From contig SUWK01000003.1 in assembly GCA_015061525.1 (NCBI GenBank), positions 18,395-82,394 of the forward strand: a DNA stretch of 64,000 nucleotides. The letters run 5' to 3'. The notes under the pieces are model-generated. The model made no database searches. It saw only the letters and a program-made list of their open reading frames with translations, and was not told the origin of the DNA. A program made the position numbers and the translations under genes. This DNA is from Lentisphaerota bacterium (GTDB lineage: Bacteria > Verrucomicrobiota > Lentisphaeria > Victivallales > Victivallaceae). Position 1 is the stretch's first letter; each line of letters begins with the position of its first letter. Of this stretch, positions 8,943-17,708 are shown in pieces.

Positions 8943-9025
8943 ATCGGAAGGGGGGGGAGAAATATGTAAGTATCAGCTAAGCTCAGAAATAGAAAAACTT
9001 TGACAGAACAAAAGGAAAGAGAAAA

Positions 9026-9391
9026 ATGGAAAATCAGAATAATAAACAGGATTTAATCAAAAGCATCATCGACAAAATCCCAAGTAAACTTTTCCCGAAT
9101 ACCAATGAAACCAGCTCAAAAACCATTGGAACTATCGGTTTCGCAATCGGCATTGCGGTGTTGGTATTTTCATTTATTCCGTGCTTGGGAGCATATGCAA
9201 TTTATCTTGCGATTCCCGGAATTTATGTTAATTTGTGGGCGATCCGCCGCAACAGTAAAATGTCAACATTGATGACTTTGGGACTGATATTTTCAATAAT
9301 TGCCACATTGATCGGAATTTATTGGTGTTATGCTGTTGCAAGTGCTGCCAATGAAATGGAAAAAGCATTTTCAGAACTGGAAAAACTTTGA
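9026..9391 (+). CDS. small integral membrane protein
   Basis: 121-aa ORF with an AAGGAAAGAG RBS and three predicted hydrophobic helices. Confidence 0.65.
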   Translation: MENQNNKQDLIKSIIDKIPSKLFPNTNETSSKTIGTIGFAIGIAVLVFSFIPCLGAYAIYLAIPGIYVNLWAIRRNSKMSTLMTLGLIFSIIATLIGIYWCYAVASAANEMEKAFSELEKL

Positions 9392-9761
9392 CATTTTTCC
9401 GGTGAATATAGAACAATACCGCCGATGGAACATCGCTGTCGGCGGTAGTGTCGTTTTTTCATTGTTGATGATTTCGGCTTTGGTGTATTTACTGCAATTA
9501 CCGTGTCCGGAGTTATTGAAAAATAATACCCCATGCATATTATGCGGCTGTACCCGTGATTTCATTTTGATTCTTTCGCGAAAAACAGCTGAACATAATC
9601 CATTGAGTGAATTTCTGTTTACTGCGCTTGCCGTGGAAATATTTTTCCGTATCGCGGCATTGTCCATGGCACGGGCAAGCCGTGTGAGATTATTCGTGAT
9701 ACTTGAAGTTGTTTTTCACCTTATCATGGTGACCATATTTATCGTCAATATTGCCGGGTAA
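9351..9761 (+). CDS. DUF2752-like membrane protein (start uncertain: 9330, 9351 or GTG at 9402)
   Basis: A TM segment followed by LPCPELLKNNTPCILCGCTRDF matches the CP...CPxCGxTR pattern of DUF2752. No clear RBS precedes any of the three candidate starts. Confidence 0.5.
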   Translation: MKWKKHFQNWKNFDIFPVNIEQYRRWNIAVGGSVVFSLLMISALVYLLQLPCPELLKNNTPCILCGCTRDFILILSRKTAEHNPLSEFLFTALAVEIFFRIAALSMARASRVRLFVILEVVFHLIMVTIFIVNIAG

Positions 9762-9913
9762 TTCATTTTCTTTCCGTGTATAACCGGGGAGATTATCAAG
9801 ACAAATCAATAAATTACCGTCAGGGGTTATCTTATTATACTTGATTTTTTCATCTAACCGTTTATGTTGAATTACAGCGCAGAGGCGGTTAAAAATGAGG
9901 AGAATATGAGAAT

Positions 9914-10480
9914 ATGAGAAGTTTGACGACACTGCATTTGCAGTATGCACACCGGTTTTACAACTTCAAAGGTGAGGCGCAGTACCTGCACGGTCATACC
10001 GGAACGTTGACCATTGAAGTGGAAGATTCCATCAACACGGGAGTCAATATGATTTTTCCCTGCAATGAGATCAAAAAGACTGCATGGCATGTCCTGCAGA
10101 ATTTCGATCATGCTCTGATTTTGCGCAAAGATGATCCGCTGCTGCCGGCGATCCTGCAGGTTTATGAAAAACAGAATATCCGCAACGGTACTCCCACCAA
10201 TACCATGACCGGTCCGGCATTTCATACCGGGTTGGCGACAGCTTATCCGGATTGCCGTCTGGTCGTTACCAAAGAGACTATGACCGCGGAAGGTATGATA
10301 AAAATAGTTTATGATCTGTTGAAAGATAAACTCAATATTGTCAAGCTGACTTTTGTCAGCGGCGATAACACTGCATCATGCTGTTTTCCCGTTAACGGCA
10401 GTATGGAACGCTGTCCCTGTTGTGGAATCGCTCTTGACAGCAATGGAGTATGTCCTAAATGCGGTTGTAAAAAAGCTTGA
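9914..10480 (+). CDS. 6-pyruvoyl-tetrahydropterin/6-carboxytetrahydropterin synthase family (QueD-like) with a C-terminal zinc ribbon
   Basis: AHRFYNFKGEAQYLHGHTGTLTIEVE matches the PTPS/QueD active-site region. The C-terminal CPCCGIALDSNGVCPKCGC is a CxxC...CxxC knuckle. RBS is GAGGAGAA. Confidence 0.7.
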   Translation: MRSLTTLHLQYAHRFYNFKGEAQYLHGHTGTLTIEVEDSINTGVNMIFPCNEIKKTAWHVLQNFDHALILRKDDPLLPAILQVYEKQNIRNGTPTNTMTGPAFHTGLATAYPDCRLVVTKETMTAEGMIKIVYDLLKDKLNIVKLTFVSGDNTASCCFPVNGSMERCPCCGIALDSNGVCPKCGCKKA

Positions 10481-10528
10481 ATATCTTATGAAATGCTTCT
10501 GCGCTGAGGATAGTTTTTTTACTGCATG

Positions 10529-10573
10529 AAAAAATGCTTCTGCAAAAACTCAACATTGTCTTTGCAGAAGCAT
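10529..10573 (-). terminator. rho-independent terminator ending the six-gene minus-strand operon
   Basis: 12-bp stem ATGCTTCTGCAA / TTGCAGAAGCAT, followed on the minus strand by TTTTTC. Confidence 0.7.
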
Positions 10574-10592
10574 TACCGGAAATTATAAAAGT

Positions 10593-11036
10593 CTACAGAT
10601 ACTGCAGAAAATCTCTGTTTGCCGGTTTGTCGGCAGATTTTTCAACCGGTTTATCAGCAGGTTTTTCTGTCGGAACTTCAGCGGGTTTCTCTGCCGTATC
10701 AGCTGCGGAGGCTTCTTTTTCCGTATCAGCTGCGGAGGCTTCTTTTTCCGTATCAGCTGCGGGGGGATTATTTTTTTCTTTCGTTTTCTTCAAGGCATTG
10801 ATCGCACCGCTGACAGCACCTTTTTCAACTTCAGCAATACCGGATTTTTCCAGTTCAGCGTGCAGTTTTTCTGCGTTTTCTCTGGTTGCAAAGACCTTGA
10901 AAACGACAAAGATCAGCAATGCGAATAAAATGATTTGAATTGGAATGACCATCCATTTTCCCAGTTTCCACATTCCGATGAAAACGGCGACCATCAAAAA
11001 GATGATCATGACAGCAAAAATAATATTCAGCAGCAT
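10593..11036 (-). CDS. small membrane protein with a charged repeat tail
   Basis: Two N-terminal TM helices, the tandem repeat AADTEKEAS, a Pro/Lys/Glu-rich tail and the C-terminus NRDFLQYL. Confidence 0.65.
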   Translation of the reverse strand: MLLNIIFAVMIIFLMVAVFIGMWKLGKWMVIPIQIILFALLIFVVFKVFATRENAEKLHAELEKSGIAEVEKGAVSGAINALKKTKEKNNPPAADTEKEASAADTEKEASAADTAEKPAEVPTEKPADKPVEKSADKPANRDFLQYL

Positions 11037-11051
11037 TTTTTATCCCTTGAT

Positions 11052-12125
11052 TTATAGAAATTTGAGAAAATCGTTTTTGGTGTTTTCAGTTGCAGGTAAC
11101 TTTTTTTCTGCAGCAGAATTTACTTCCGGAACATTTTTTCCTTCTTCTTCCGGAGCTTTTTTCTGCACCTGGAGTGTTTTTTTATCACTCTTTGCCGCAT
11201 TTTGTTTTGCATCCGGAATCGCATTTTTTTCTTTCTCCGGTTTCACATCCGGAACTGTCTGCGGTTGCGGCTTGACGACCGGAGCCGGTTTTATGACGGT
11301 CAATTTCTGACTTTCGGCGGCACGTCGGGTCATTATCTTTGCGCAGCGCGGCATTTGCATGGCAGTAAATTTTTCTGCCAGCAAATTGCAGATGTGTTGA
11401 TCATACGGTAATAAATTTGCGAATCTGACAAGACGTGTGAAAGGTGTGGCAGAAGTCATTTGGGCACTTGTCTTTTTCAATGCAGTGTATTGTTGGTGAG
11501 TGATCGGCGGGACATCTGCCCCTGCGAACATCGCCGCGAAATTTTTTCCGTAACGGCGGGCAATATTGTTATTGGGTTTACCGGTATAATTTTTCAATTC
11601 CGTTTCCGGAATTATTTCATAAAATACCAATTCATCGCGTTTATCCGGATTGTTCGCCAACGCAGTGTAAATCTGTTCCCATGAAATAGGAGTTTTTATT
11701 TCAAATACGACATCATCAAGTTTGTAAGCTGCGGCAAAATAAGCATATTTTCCACTGATGAAACGTTCAAGTACGATCCGGTTTTTTGCGGTATATTTGA
11801 GTGTTGTGGTTTGCCGCCAGTTGAAAAAAATCGCATCTTGGAGCTTTTCTCCGGGTTTTACCGGAGAGTCGGAAAATCTTATCTCTTTTTTTATCAGATC
11901 AGCCAACCGTACCGCGCAATCGTTTTCTGCCATCTCAAATGCCATACTGTCAGAAGAGATTTTTTCCGCCTGTCCGACTGCATAAATGTATTTTGACGTT
12001 ACGGTAAATTTTTTCCGGACCAGTTCTTCCTGATTATCATCATAAAAATCCATGCAATCTTCAGCACGGATATTTACCGTGAAAAGCGAAAGTATGGAAA
12101 TCAGAGAAAAGAATATCGATTTCAT
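11052..12125 (-). CDS. secreted protein of unknown function with a Lys/Pro-rich C-terminal tail
   Basis: Signal peptide MKSIFFSLISILSLFTVNIRA. The C-terminus KNDFLKFL shares a motif with the downstream gene product. Confidence 0.7.
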   Translation of the reverse strand: MKSIFFSLISILSLFTVNIRAEDCMDFYDDNQEELVRKKFTVTSKYIYAVGQAEKISSDSMAFEMAENDCAVRLADLIKKEIRFSDSPVKPGEKLQDAIFFNWRQTTTLKYTAKNRIVLERFISGKYAYFAAAYKLDDVVFEIKTPISWEQIYTALANNPDKRDELVFYEIIPETELKNYTGKPNNNIARRYGKNFAAMFAGADVPPITHQQYTALKKTSAQMTSATPFTRLVRFANLLPYDQHICNLLAEKFTAMQMPRCAKIMTRRAAESQKLTVIKPAPVVKPQPQTVPDVKPEKEKNAIPDAKQNAAKSDKKTLQVQKKAPEEEGKNVPEVNSAAEKKLPATENTKNDFLKFL

Positions 12126-12195
12126 AAGTTGCCTTCGGTGCGAGGTTTCCTCTGCAATTCCCGGCAGGGGAATTGCAGAGGCATGGTTTCAGAAC

Positions 12196-13461
12196 TTACA
12201 GAATGGGAAGAGTTCCGCCGGAAACTCCATCGGCACCGGCATTGCGGCGTTTCGAGGGTTTGGCAGCGGGTTTGGCAGCGGGTTTGGCAGGTTTGAAGTT
12301 GCCGACACCTTTAGCTTTCAGATTGACACGCTGCTGTTCGCCCTGGGCGTTTGCCTGAGAGGCAGCGGCGGCGGCACGCGGAGTCCAGTATTTGACTGCC
12401 CAGGCAAGTTTGTCACCGGAAGGCAGACGGATGATGCCGCTGTCAAATTCTTCAATACCGGAAAAGTCGATAGCTTCAGCTTCAGCTTTGGCTTCGGCAG
12501 TAACTTTGGCAAAAGCCGTGGCGACAGCTTTGTTGTCAGTGGCATCAACGGGTTCCATGTAAGCCAGAGTACGGCCGGATTCTTCGGATTTTTTCAGCAT
12601 CACGGCGGTACCGACAAATTCACGGATCATTGCAGAAGCAGCATCACCGGCATTTTCTTTGGCGGAACTTTCTGAAGAGAGGATCTCTCTCTGCGCGAAT
12701 GCAATCAGACAGGGTTCGCCGTTTTCGTCGATCATCACGCGGACACCATAGGTATTGGCAAGCTGATCTTCCACGGTTTCAAAATAATCATCCACCGACA
12801 TGCCGGGTGCGTATTTGGGAATGTTGCCATTGACCATACCGGCAGCAATGTCACGCAGAGTTTTGCTGGAATAGGCGAGAACACCAACTTTATCTTTACT
12901 GGAGGCAGAAGCGTAGACAGATACGCCGACCAGATAAGCCTGTGAGGCAATGGTGATCTGTTTCTGGAAACTTTCTTTACCTTTCAACTTCGGCATGGCT
13001 TTTGCCACAGCGGCTTTATCGTTGAGGTCAACGCCCATGCGCTCGAGTTCTTTATCGATTTCTTTGTTGATTGTTTCCGCCAGAGCCGGATCGTTTTCCA
13101 CATCAGAAGCCTTCAGACCGCCGTGGGAAGCGACTTCGCTGGAGGACATTTTGCTGGAGATGGTCTGAACCAGGTTTTTTGCGATCGCCTGTTTGGCTTT
13201 GAAATCAGCCTGATCAAATGCGATACGGCGGTTGATAACGTAATCTCTGGTGGTGGGGTTCGCACCGATATCGCTGGTAGCTACAGCGGTGTAACCGGCT
13301 TTGCGGACTTTTCTTCTGATTTTGCCGAGTTCTTTGTCGACATCAATGACTTTTACCTCTACTTCTGCATCACCGGGCTTTTCTGCCAGGTCGGAAGCCT
13401 CTTGAGCCACACCCACAAGGCAATAGCCAAGTGCCAGCGCGAAGATTGTTTTTTTGAACAT
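12196..13461 (-). CDS. secreted protein, LPP20-like segment (tentative)
   Basis: Signal peptide MFKKTIFALALGYCLVGVAQ. FDQADFKAKQAIAKNLVQTISS resembles the LPP20-type helix. C-terminal KPAAKPAAKP tail. Confidence 0.7.
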   Translation of the reverse strand: MFKKTIFALALGYCLVGVAQEASDLAEKPGDAEVEVKVIDVDKELGKIRRKVRKAGYTAVATSDIGANPTTRDYVINRRIAFDQADFKAKQAIAKNLVQTISSKMSSSEVASHGGLKASDVENDPALAETINKEIDKELERMGVDLNDKAAVAKAMPKLKGKESFQKQITIASQAYLVGVSVYASASSKDKVGVLAYSSKTLRDIAAGMVNGNIPKYAPGMSVDDYFETVEDQLANTYGVRVMIDENGEPCLIAFAQREILSSESSAKENAGDAASAMIREFVGTAVMLKKSEESGRTLAYMEPVDATDNKAVATAFAKVTAEAKAEAEAIDFSGIEEFDSGIIRLPSGDKLAWAVKYWTPRAAAAASQANAQGEQQRVNLKAKGVGNFKPAKPAAKPAAKPSKRRNAGADGVSGGTLPIL

Positions 13462-13489
13462 TGTTTTTTCCTTTCTTTTTTATTGATGG

Positions 13490-15007
13490 TTAAAATGAAA
13501 ACTCAATACCGTTGAGTTCTATTTTTCCGGTTACCGGCAAAACTGTACCTTGCGGCAGATCTTTTGTCATCCGTTCCCGCAGGAACTCCTCAAAATCGGC
13601 ACTGGGACCGACATAGGAGCAATTGAGGGTCAGTGTATTGCCATTGCGTTCTCTGGCAAGGAATTTTGCACAGGGAACATCATTGATCATCGCGGCAAGT
13701 TTTTCATCCAGCTCACCGGCGGGCAGGTTTTTGAAAACGACCTTGACCTCTCTGCCGTTAAGCACCCAGTCCATGACCACTTTGTTGAGCTTTTCATGCA
13801 GCTCCTTTTTTATGCTTTTAAATGCACGTCCGGCTGCCATTTTACGGATTTGCTGCAAATTACCGGAATACGTGGAGCTCAAGCGGGGATTGTTTTGGGC
13901 AAAAAGGAGCTGCTGCCGGTTTTTTACATCCACTATTTTCAATGAAACATCGATTTGGAGACCTTTTCCGTAATGGTCGTCATACACCGGGATGTATTTG
14001 CAGTCCGCATCTACCAGAAACTGGGTGTCTGCCGGATTGGCGGTGACTTTGAAGCCGAGAGTAGCGAAAAAATCACCGAGTGCGGCTTTGACATCCGGAT
14101 CTTGTGCAGTGATGGCAAAACCGGGATTGCCCATGGAGCGCACCATTGCCGCGTAGTTGTCGAGCAGACTTTTTTCATCAACTTTTGCATTGATGATGAT
14201 CTGGTAATTCATCCCGTCTCTGTCCTCTTTGACGATCCGGTACTCTTTGATGTTGCCGGCCGTTTGGGAAATGACTTTGGATTTCGCTTTATCATTGTCC
14301 ATCAACTGACTCTGACCGATAACGGTCGTGCCCATCACTTGTTCGACGGCGTTGCGTCTGGCAGACTGCATCGCCTGACGCTTGGCGGGGGCGATTTTTC
14401 CGTCGGCGATGATGCCGAATCCGACGGCACGCACAACACCCGGGGGCGCGGCTTTCAGCTGCGCCTCCAATTCCGCAGAACGGTCAACGATTTTGCCGGT
14501 CACATAGAAGTAGGCTTCTGTGCCGTCGGCAGTAAATGAGTGAAAGGTCACACCGCGGAGGAACGCTTCAGAATTCACTTTGGTAAGTGAATTGTAGACT
14601 GAGGTGCTTACAACAGTATCACCATTGACTTCCTGATGACTTTGAGAAGCTGATTTTTTGGAGATGGTCGACTGCATCCATTCGCCGATAGACCTTTTTG
14701 CCCGGATCTCCGCCAGAGCCAGAGCCTGTTGTTTATCCTGGGCATTGCCGATATTGACTTTGTAAACTACCCAGACCCCGGCATCTGCGGATGAGCCGCT
14801 GCGCATTCTGCGTCTGCCCATCTTTTTGATGACATCATCGATATTGAATGATGGAGTATCCGTATCGGCATACTGAACACCGCTTTTCACGATGGTTGTA
14901 CTCTGACTGGTGGTATTGTTATTGTTGATGGTGGTGTTATTGGTGGTACATCCGAATAACAGCACGGCAGCAGCACCGCCGGAGAGAGTTATCAGTTGTT
15001 TATTCAT
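13490..15007 (-). CDS. lipoprotein, FlgT_N/LPP20-like segment (tentative)
   Basis: Lipobox LLFGC. AKRQAMQSARRNAVEQVMGTTVIGQSQ...YRIVKEDRDGMNYQIIINAKV resembles FlgT N-terminal-type domains. Confidence 0.75.
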   Translation of the reverse strand: MNKQLITLSGGAAAVLLFGCTTNNTTINNNNTTSQSTTIVKSGVQYADTDTPSFNIDDVIKKMGRRRMRSGSSADAGVWVVYKVNIGNAQDKQQALALAEIRAKRSIGEWMQSTISKKSASQSHQEVNGDTVVSTSVYNSLTKVNSEAFLRGVTFHSFTADGTEAYFYVTGKIVDRSAELEAQLKAAPPGVVRAVGFGIIADGKIAPAKRQAMQSARRNAVEQVMGTTVIGQSQLMDNDKAKSKVISQTAGNIKEYRIVKEDRDGMNYQIIINAKVDEKSLLDNYAAMVRSMGNPGFAITAQDPDVKAALGDFFATLGFKVTANPADTQFLVDADCKYIPVYDDHYGKGLQIDVSLKIVDVKNRQQLLFAQNNPRLSSTYSGNLQQIRKMAAGRAFKSIKKELHEKLNKVVMDWVLNGREVKVVFKNLPAGELDEKLAAMINDVPCAKFLARERNGNTLTLNCSYVGPSADFEEFLRERMTKDLPQGTVLPVTGKIELNGIEFSF

Positions 15008-15010
15008 AAA

Positions 15011-16153
15011 TCATTTTCCACTTTTGGTATTCTGCTGCTGGATGAAATCGGGCCATTCGGCGAATCCGTCGGCGGCGGCGAAAAAGTCATACTCTTCTTT
15101 GGCTTCTTCAAAGTCGGCTTCGACTTGAGCGATGATCTTCAACGCTCTTTTGGTCTCAGCTTTGCGCCAGATCTGCAGCGTGGATTTGCCGGTCTGACTG
15201 AGCATTGTGACAGAAGCATTGTAGAGTGCGACAGGGGCACTTTCACTGCCTTTTTTCTTTGCGAAAATGACACATTCCATATTCTGCTGCAAACCGTCAG
15301 CGCGGCTGCAGGCAAAGACAGCTCTGCCGTCTTCATCAATATCGGATACCATGCCGGCAACGGGGAAGATTTTGTACATGTGGGCGAAGAACTGTACGAT
15401 GATTGCCCGTCCCTGACGAAGCAGAAAATCCTGAAACATCCGGTTGGCTCCGGAACCGGCACGCATGTCATCAAATTTCAAACCGACTTTGGTTCTGCCG
15501 AATCTGTCGGTCAAAGAGTTGATGTCGCTGTTGATCCTGACGGAGAAGGACTGGAAATCTGCAAGAGGAGAATTGTTTTTCGGATCGACCGGCGCACAGG
15601 TCAGTTTGAAAGTGTAGGTGGTGGTACGCTGGTTCCCTTTGGATACCGAAGAGTTTGAAAGCATCGGCACCAGATTGAGGATCACGTCGATCTCTCTCAA
15701 TTCTGAAGGATCGAAATCTGCCGCTTTGGCTGTACCGTTGTGAACTGCTTTACGTAGACTTTTATCGGCAAGTCCGTGTCTGATCTGGGCGGCAAGGAAG
15801 CGGTTGCTGCCGGAAATGGCATTCTCAAATTCACGTGTGAAAGCATTCCATACATCCTTTTGCGGGCCTTCAGGATGCAGTGAAGCATTGGTGTCTTTAT
15901 CTTCGTTGTTGCCCGGTTGGAACTCAAATGCGAACCGGAGTTTTCCGACTTTACTGATATCAGGCACGCGCATGGAGGCTCCGACGGGATGTTTTTTTAT
16001 AAATTCCCGGTTGTGGTACTCTATATCGTTTTCCACATGCGCCAGAGCTTGTTCCAAACTGGTGGTCGGTTCAAAAGAGGAACAGGAGCAGAGGATCAGA
16101 GCCGCAATGGCTCCTCCGAAAAAAAGAGAAAATTTGTTTTTCATGGGTTTCAT
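15011..16153 (-). CDS. lipoprotein of unknown function
   Basis: Start MKPMKNKFSLFFGGAIAALILCSCSS (cat at 16151-16153; alternative at 16144) carries a lipobox. The 446-aa form in the ORF track would overlap the upstream gene and has no signal peptide. Confidence 0.7.
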   Translation of the reverse strand: MKPMKNKFSLFFGGAIAALILCSCSSFEPTTSLEQALAHVENDIEYHNREFIKKHPVGASMRVPDISKVGKLRFAFEFQPGNNEDKDTNASLHPEGPQKDVWNAFTREFENAISGSNRFLAAQIRHGLADKSLRKAVHNGTAKAADFDPSELREIDVILNLVPMLSNSSVSKGNQRTTTYTFKLTCAPVDPKNNSPLADFQSFSVRINSDINSLTDRFGRTKVGLKFDDMRAGSGANRMFQDFLLRQGRAIIVQFFAHMYKIFPVAGMVSDIDEDGRAVFACSRADGLQQNMECVIFAKKKGSESAPVALYNASVTMLSQTGKSTLQIWRKAETKRALKIIAQVEADFEEAKEEYDFFAAADGFAEWPDFIQQQNTKSGK

Positions 16154-16214
16154 TCCATTGTATTGACGGACAACAGGAAAGGATCTGAAAATCCTTTCCT
16201 GTTGCGATTCAGTG

Positions 16215-17333
16215 TTATTCAGCGGCAGCGTCTTTGTAAGCCTGATAGCTTTCAAGCTGCCAACCCCATGCTTTGAGAGTGTAACTGAAGCGTTTTCCGG
16301 CGATTTCCAAAGAGTAATAATACGGACCGAAAGCTTTTTTATTCCAGTCACTCAGACTCTTGGAAACTTCATCGGTATAGCTTCCCATTTTTGCTTTGAT
16401 GTTGAACACGGTGATTCCGGTGGCATCAAATTTCGGCATCTGGAAAGGCGGAATGGCATCGGAGATGACAGTGGTGACCTGCGGCCACTCTTTCGCGGCT
16501 TCTTCCATGTTTTTGACCATTGTGTCGATGAGAGCTTTTTCGATGATCGGAATGGCGATTTTGGCAACGTTGGGGTCAAGAGATTTTTTCAATTCTTCAA
16601 CTCCGATCCGGATGCCGGGGAGTGCCGCTTTGCTGCTGTAGTATTTGATGACCAGTTCGACTTTGCGGTTATCAGCTTCGGCGGCTTTTTTGGCAGCTTC
16701 GACTTTCTTTGCGCGTTCAGCCTGAACTTTGGCTTCTTCAGCGGCTACGCGTTTGACATTTTTGGCACCGAGTTCACACCAGGTTTTGAATTCGGTGAAA
16801 ATTTTCTCATCGGCATCACCTTTTTTCACTGCCTGTTTGTAGTAGATGTAGTCCGCCTGGGCAACCGCGCCGACCACGGAATCGTAAAGACCATCGACGC
16901 TTTTTTTGTTGCGGGTCTTGTAGGTGGCGTAAGCATCGGCGATCACTTTTTTCAGCACTCCGGCGGCTTTATCTGCGGCCGCAGCATCTTTATCCGCGTT
17001 TCTCAAAGCGTTCCATTCGCCGAGGTAGTTCGGGTCGAGAGCGACTTTGGCAACATACAATTCATCGGCTTGACCGTAGCGCAGTTCGATGGAGTCAAGC
17101 GCGGCCCCGGCGACTGCCGTGTAGTGGGCTTTGGTTGAGCTGAGAAGGGCGTTGGGGATGACAAATGCTTCCGGCTGGCGGGTGTGGTTTTCCAGACCTT
17201 GAGCTTTGTCAATAAAAGTATTGAGCTGGTTCAGATATGCGTTGGGAGCCTGCTGTTCAAAGCTGCCGCATCCTGTCATCATGCTTGCTGCCGCAATACA
17301 TGCGGCACCGACTGTGAGGAGAGATTTTTTCAT
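16215..17333 (-). CDS. lipoprotein of unknown function, Ala/Lys-rich helical
   Basis: MKKSLLTVGAACIAAASMMTGCGS carries a lipobox. First gene of the operon. Confidence 0.75.
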   Translation of the reverse strand: MKKSLLTVGAACIAAASMMTGCGSFEQQAPNAYLNQLNTFIDKAQGLENHTRQPEAFVIPNALLSSTKAHYTAVAGAALDSIELRYGQADELYVAKVALDPNYLGEWNALRNADKDAAAADKAAGVLKKVIADAYATYKTRNKKSVDGLYDSVVGAVAQADYIYYKQAVKKGDADEKIFTEFKTWCELGAKNVKRVAAEEAKVQAERAKKVEAAKKAAEADNRKVELVIKYYSSKAALPGIRIGVEELKKSLDPNVAKIAIPIIEKALIDTMVKNMEEAAKEWPQVTTVISDAIPPFQMPKFDATGITVFNIKAKMGSYTDEVSKSLSDWNKKAFGPYYYSLEIAGKRFSYTLKAWGWQLESYQAYKDAAAE

Positions 17334-17708
17334 TTTCTTCTGCCTTCCTTTATGTTTTTTGTTTTCCCCGTTAGAGAGGCTTGATCAAAAAGTGCTGCAA
17401 TTACCAAACCGGTATTAATGCGCGTACGCGGGAGAAACCCTTGTTGTGAAATAATTGTCAGAATAAAATTAATATTGAATTGATTGCCGGATATAACAAG
17501 CGGATTTCTCGCCATTTTTTTTTTTTGAATAAAAATGCAAATGGTGATATTTTGCATGAAAATATTGTTTTTTTATTACAGGGTTGATCGTGTTCAGAAA
17601 AGTGATACCATAAAAATACAAATAATTTTATTTTGAGTTTTGGCAAGTAACTTTCCGGCAGATATTTTGTTGCGGGAAACAAAAAACAGTTTTTTAAGTG
17701 TTTCTGCC

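Noticed and set aside
12052-17138. Several 190-310-aa plus-strand ORFs (12052-12675, 13955-14539, 14996-15658, 16212-17138)
   Set aside because: They are antisense shadows of the minus-strand lipoprotein genes. Their composition is Gly/Phe/Asp-rich and atypical, they lack RBSs, and they overlap one another. The minus-strand genes have signal peptides, lipoboxes and a tidy operon structure.
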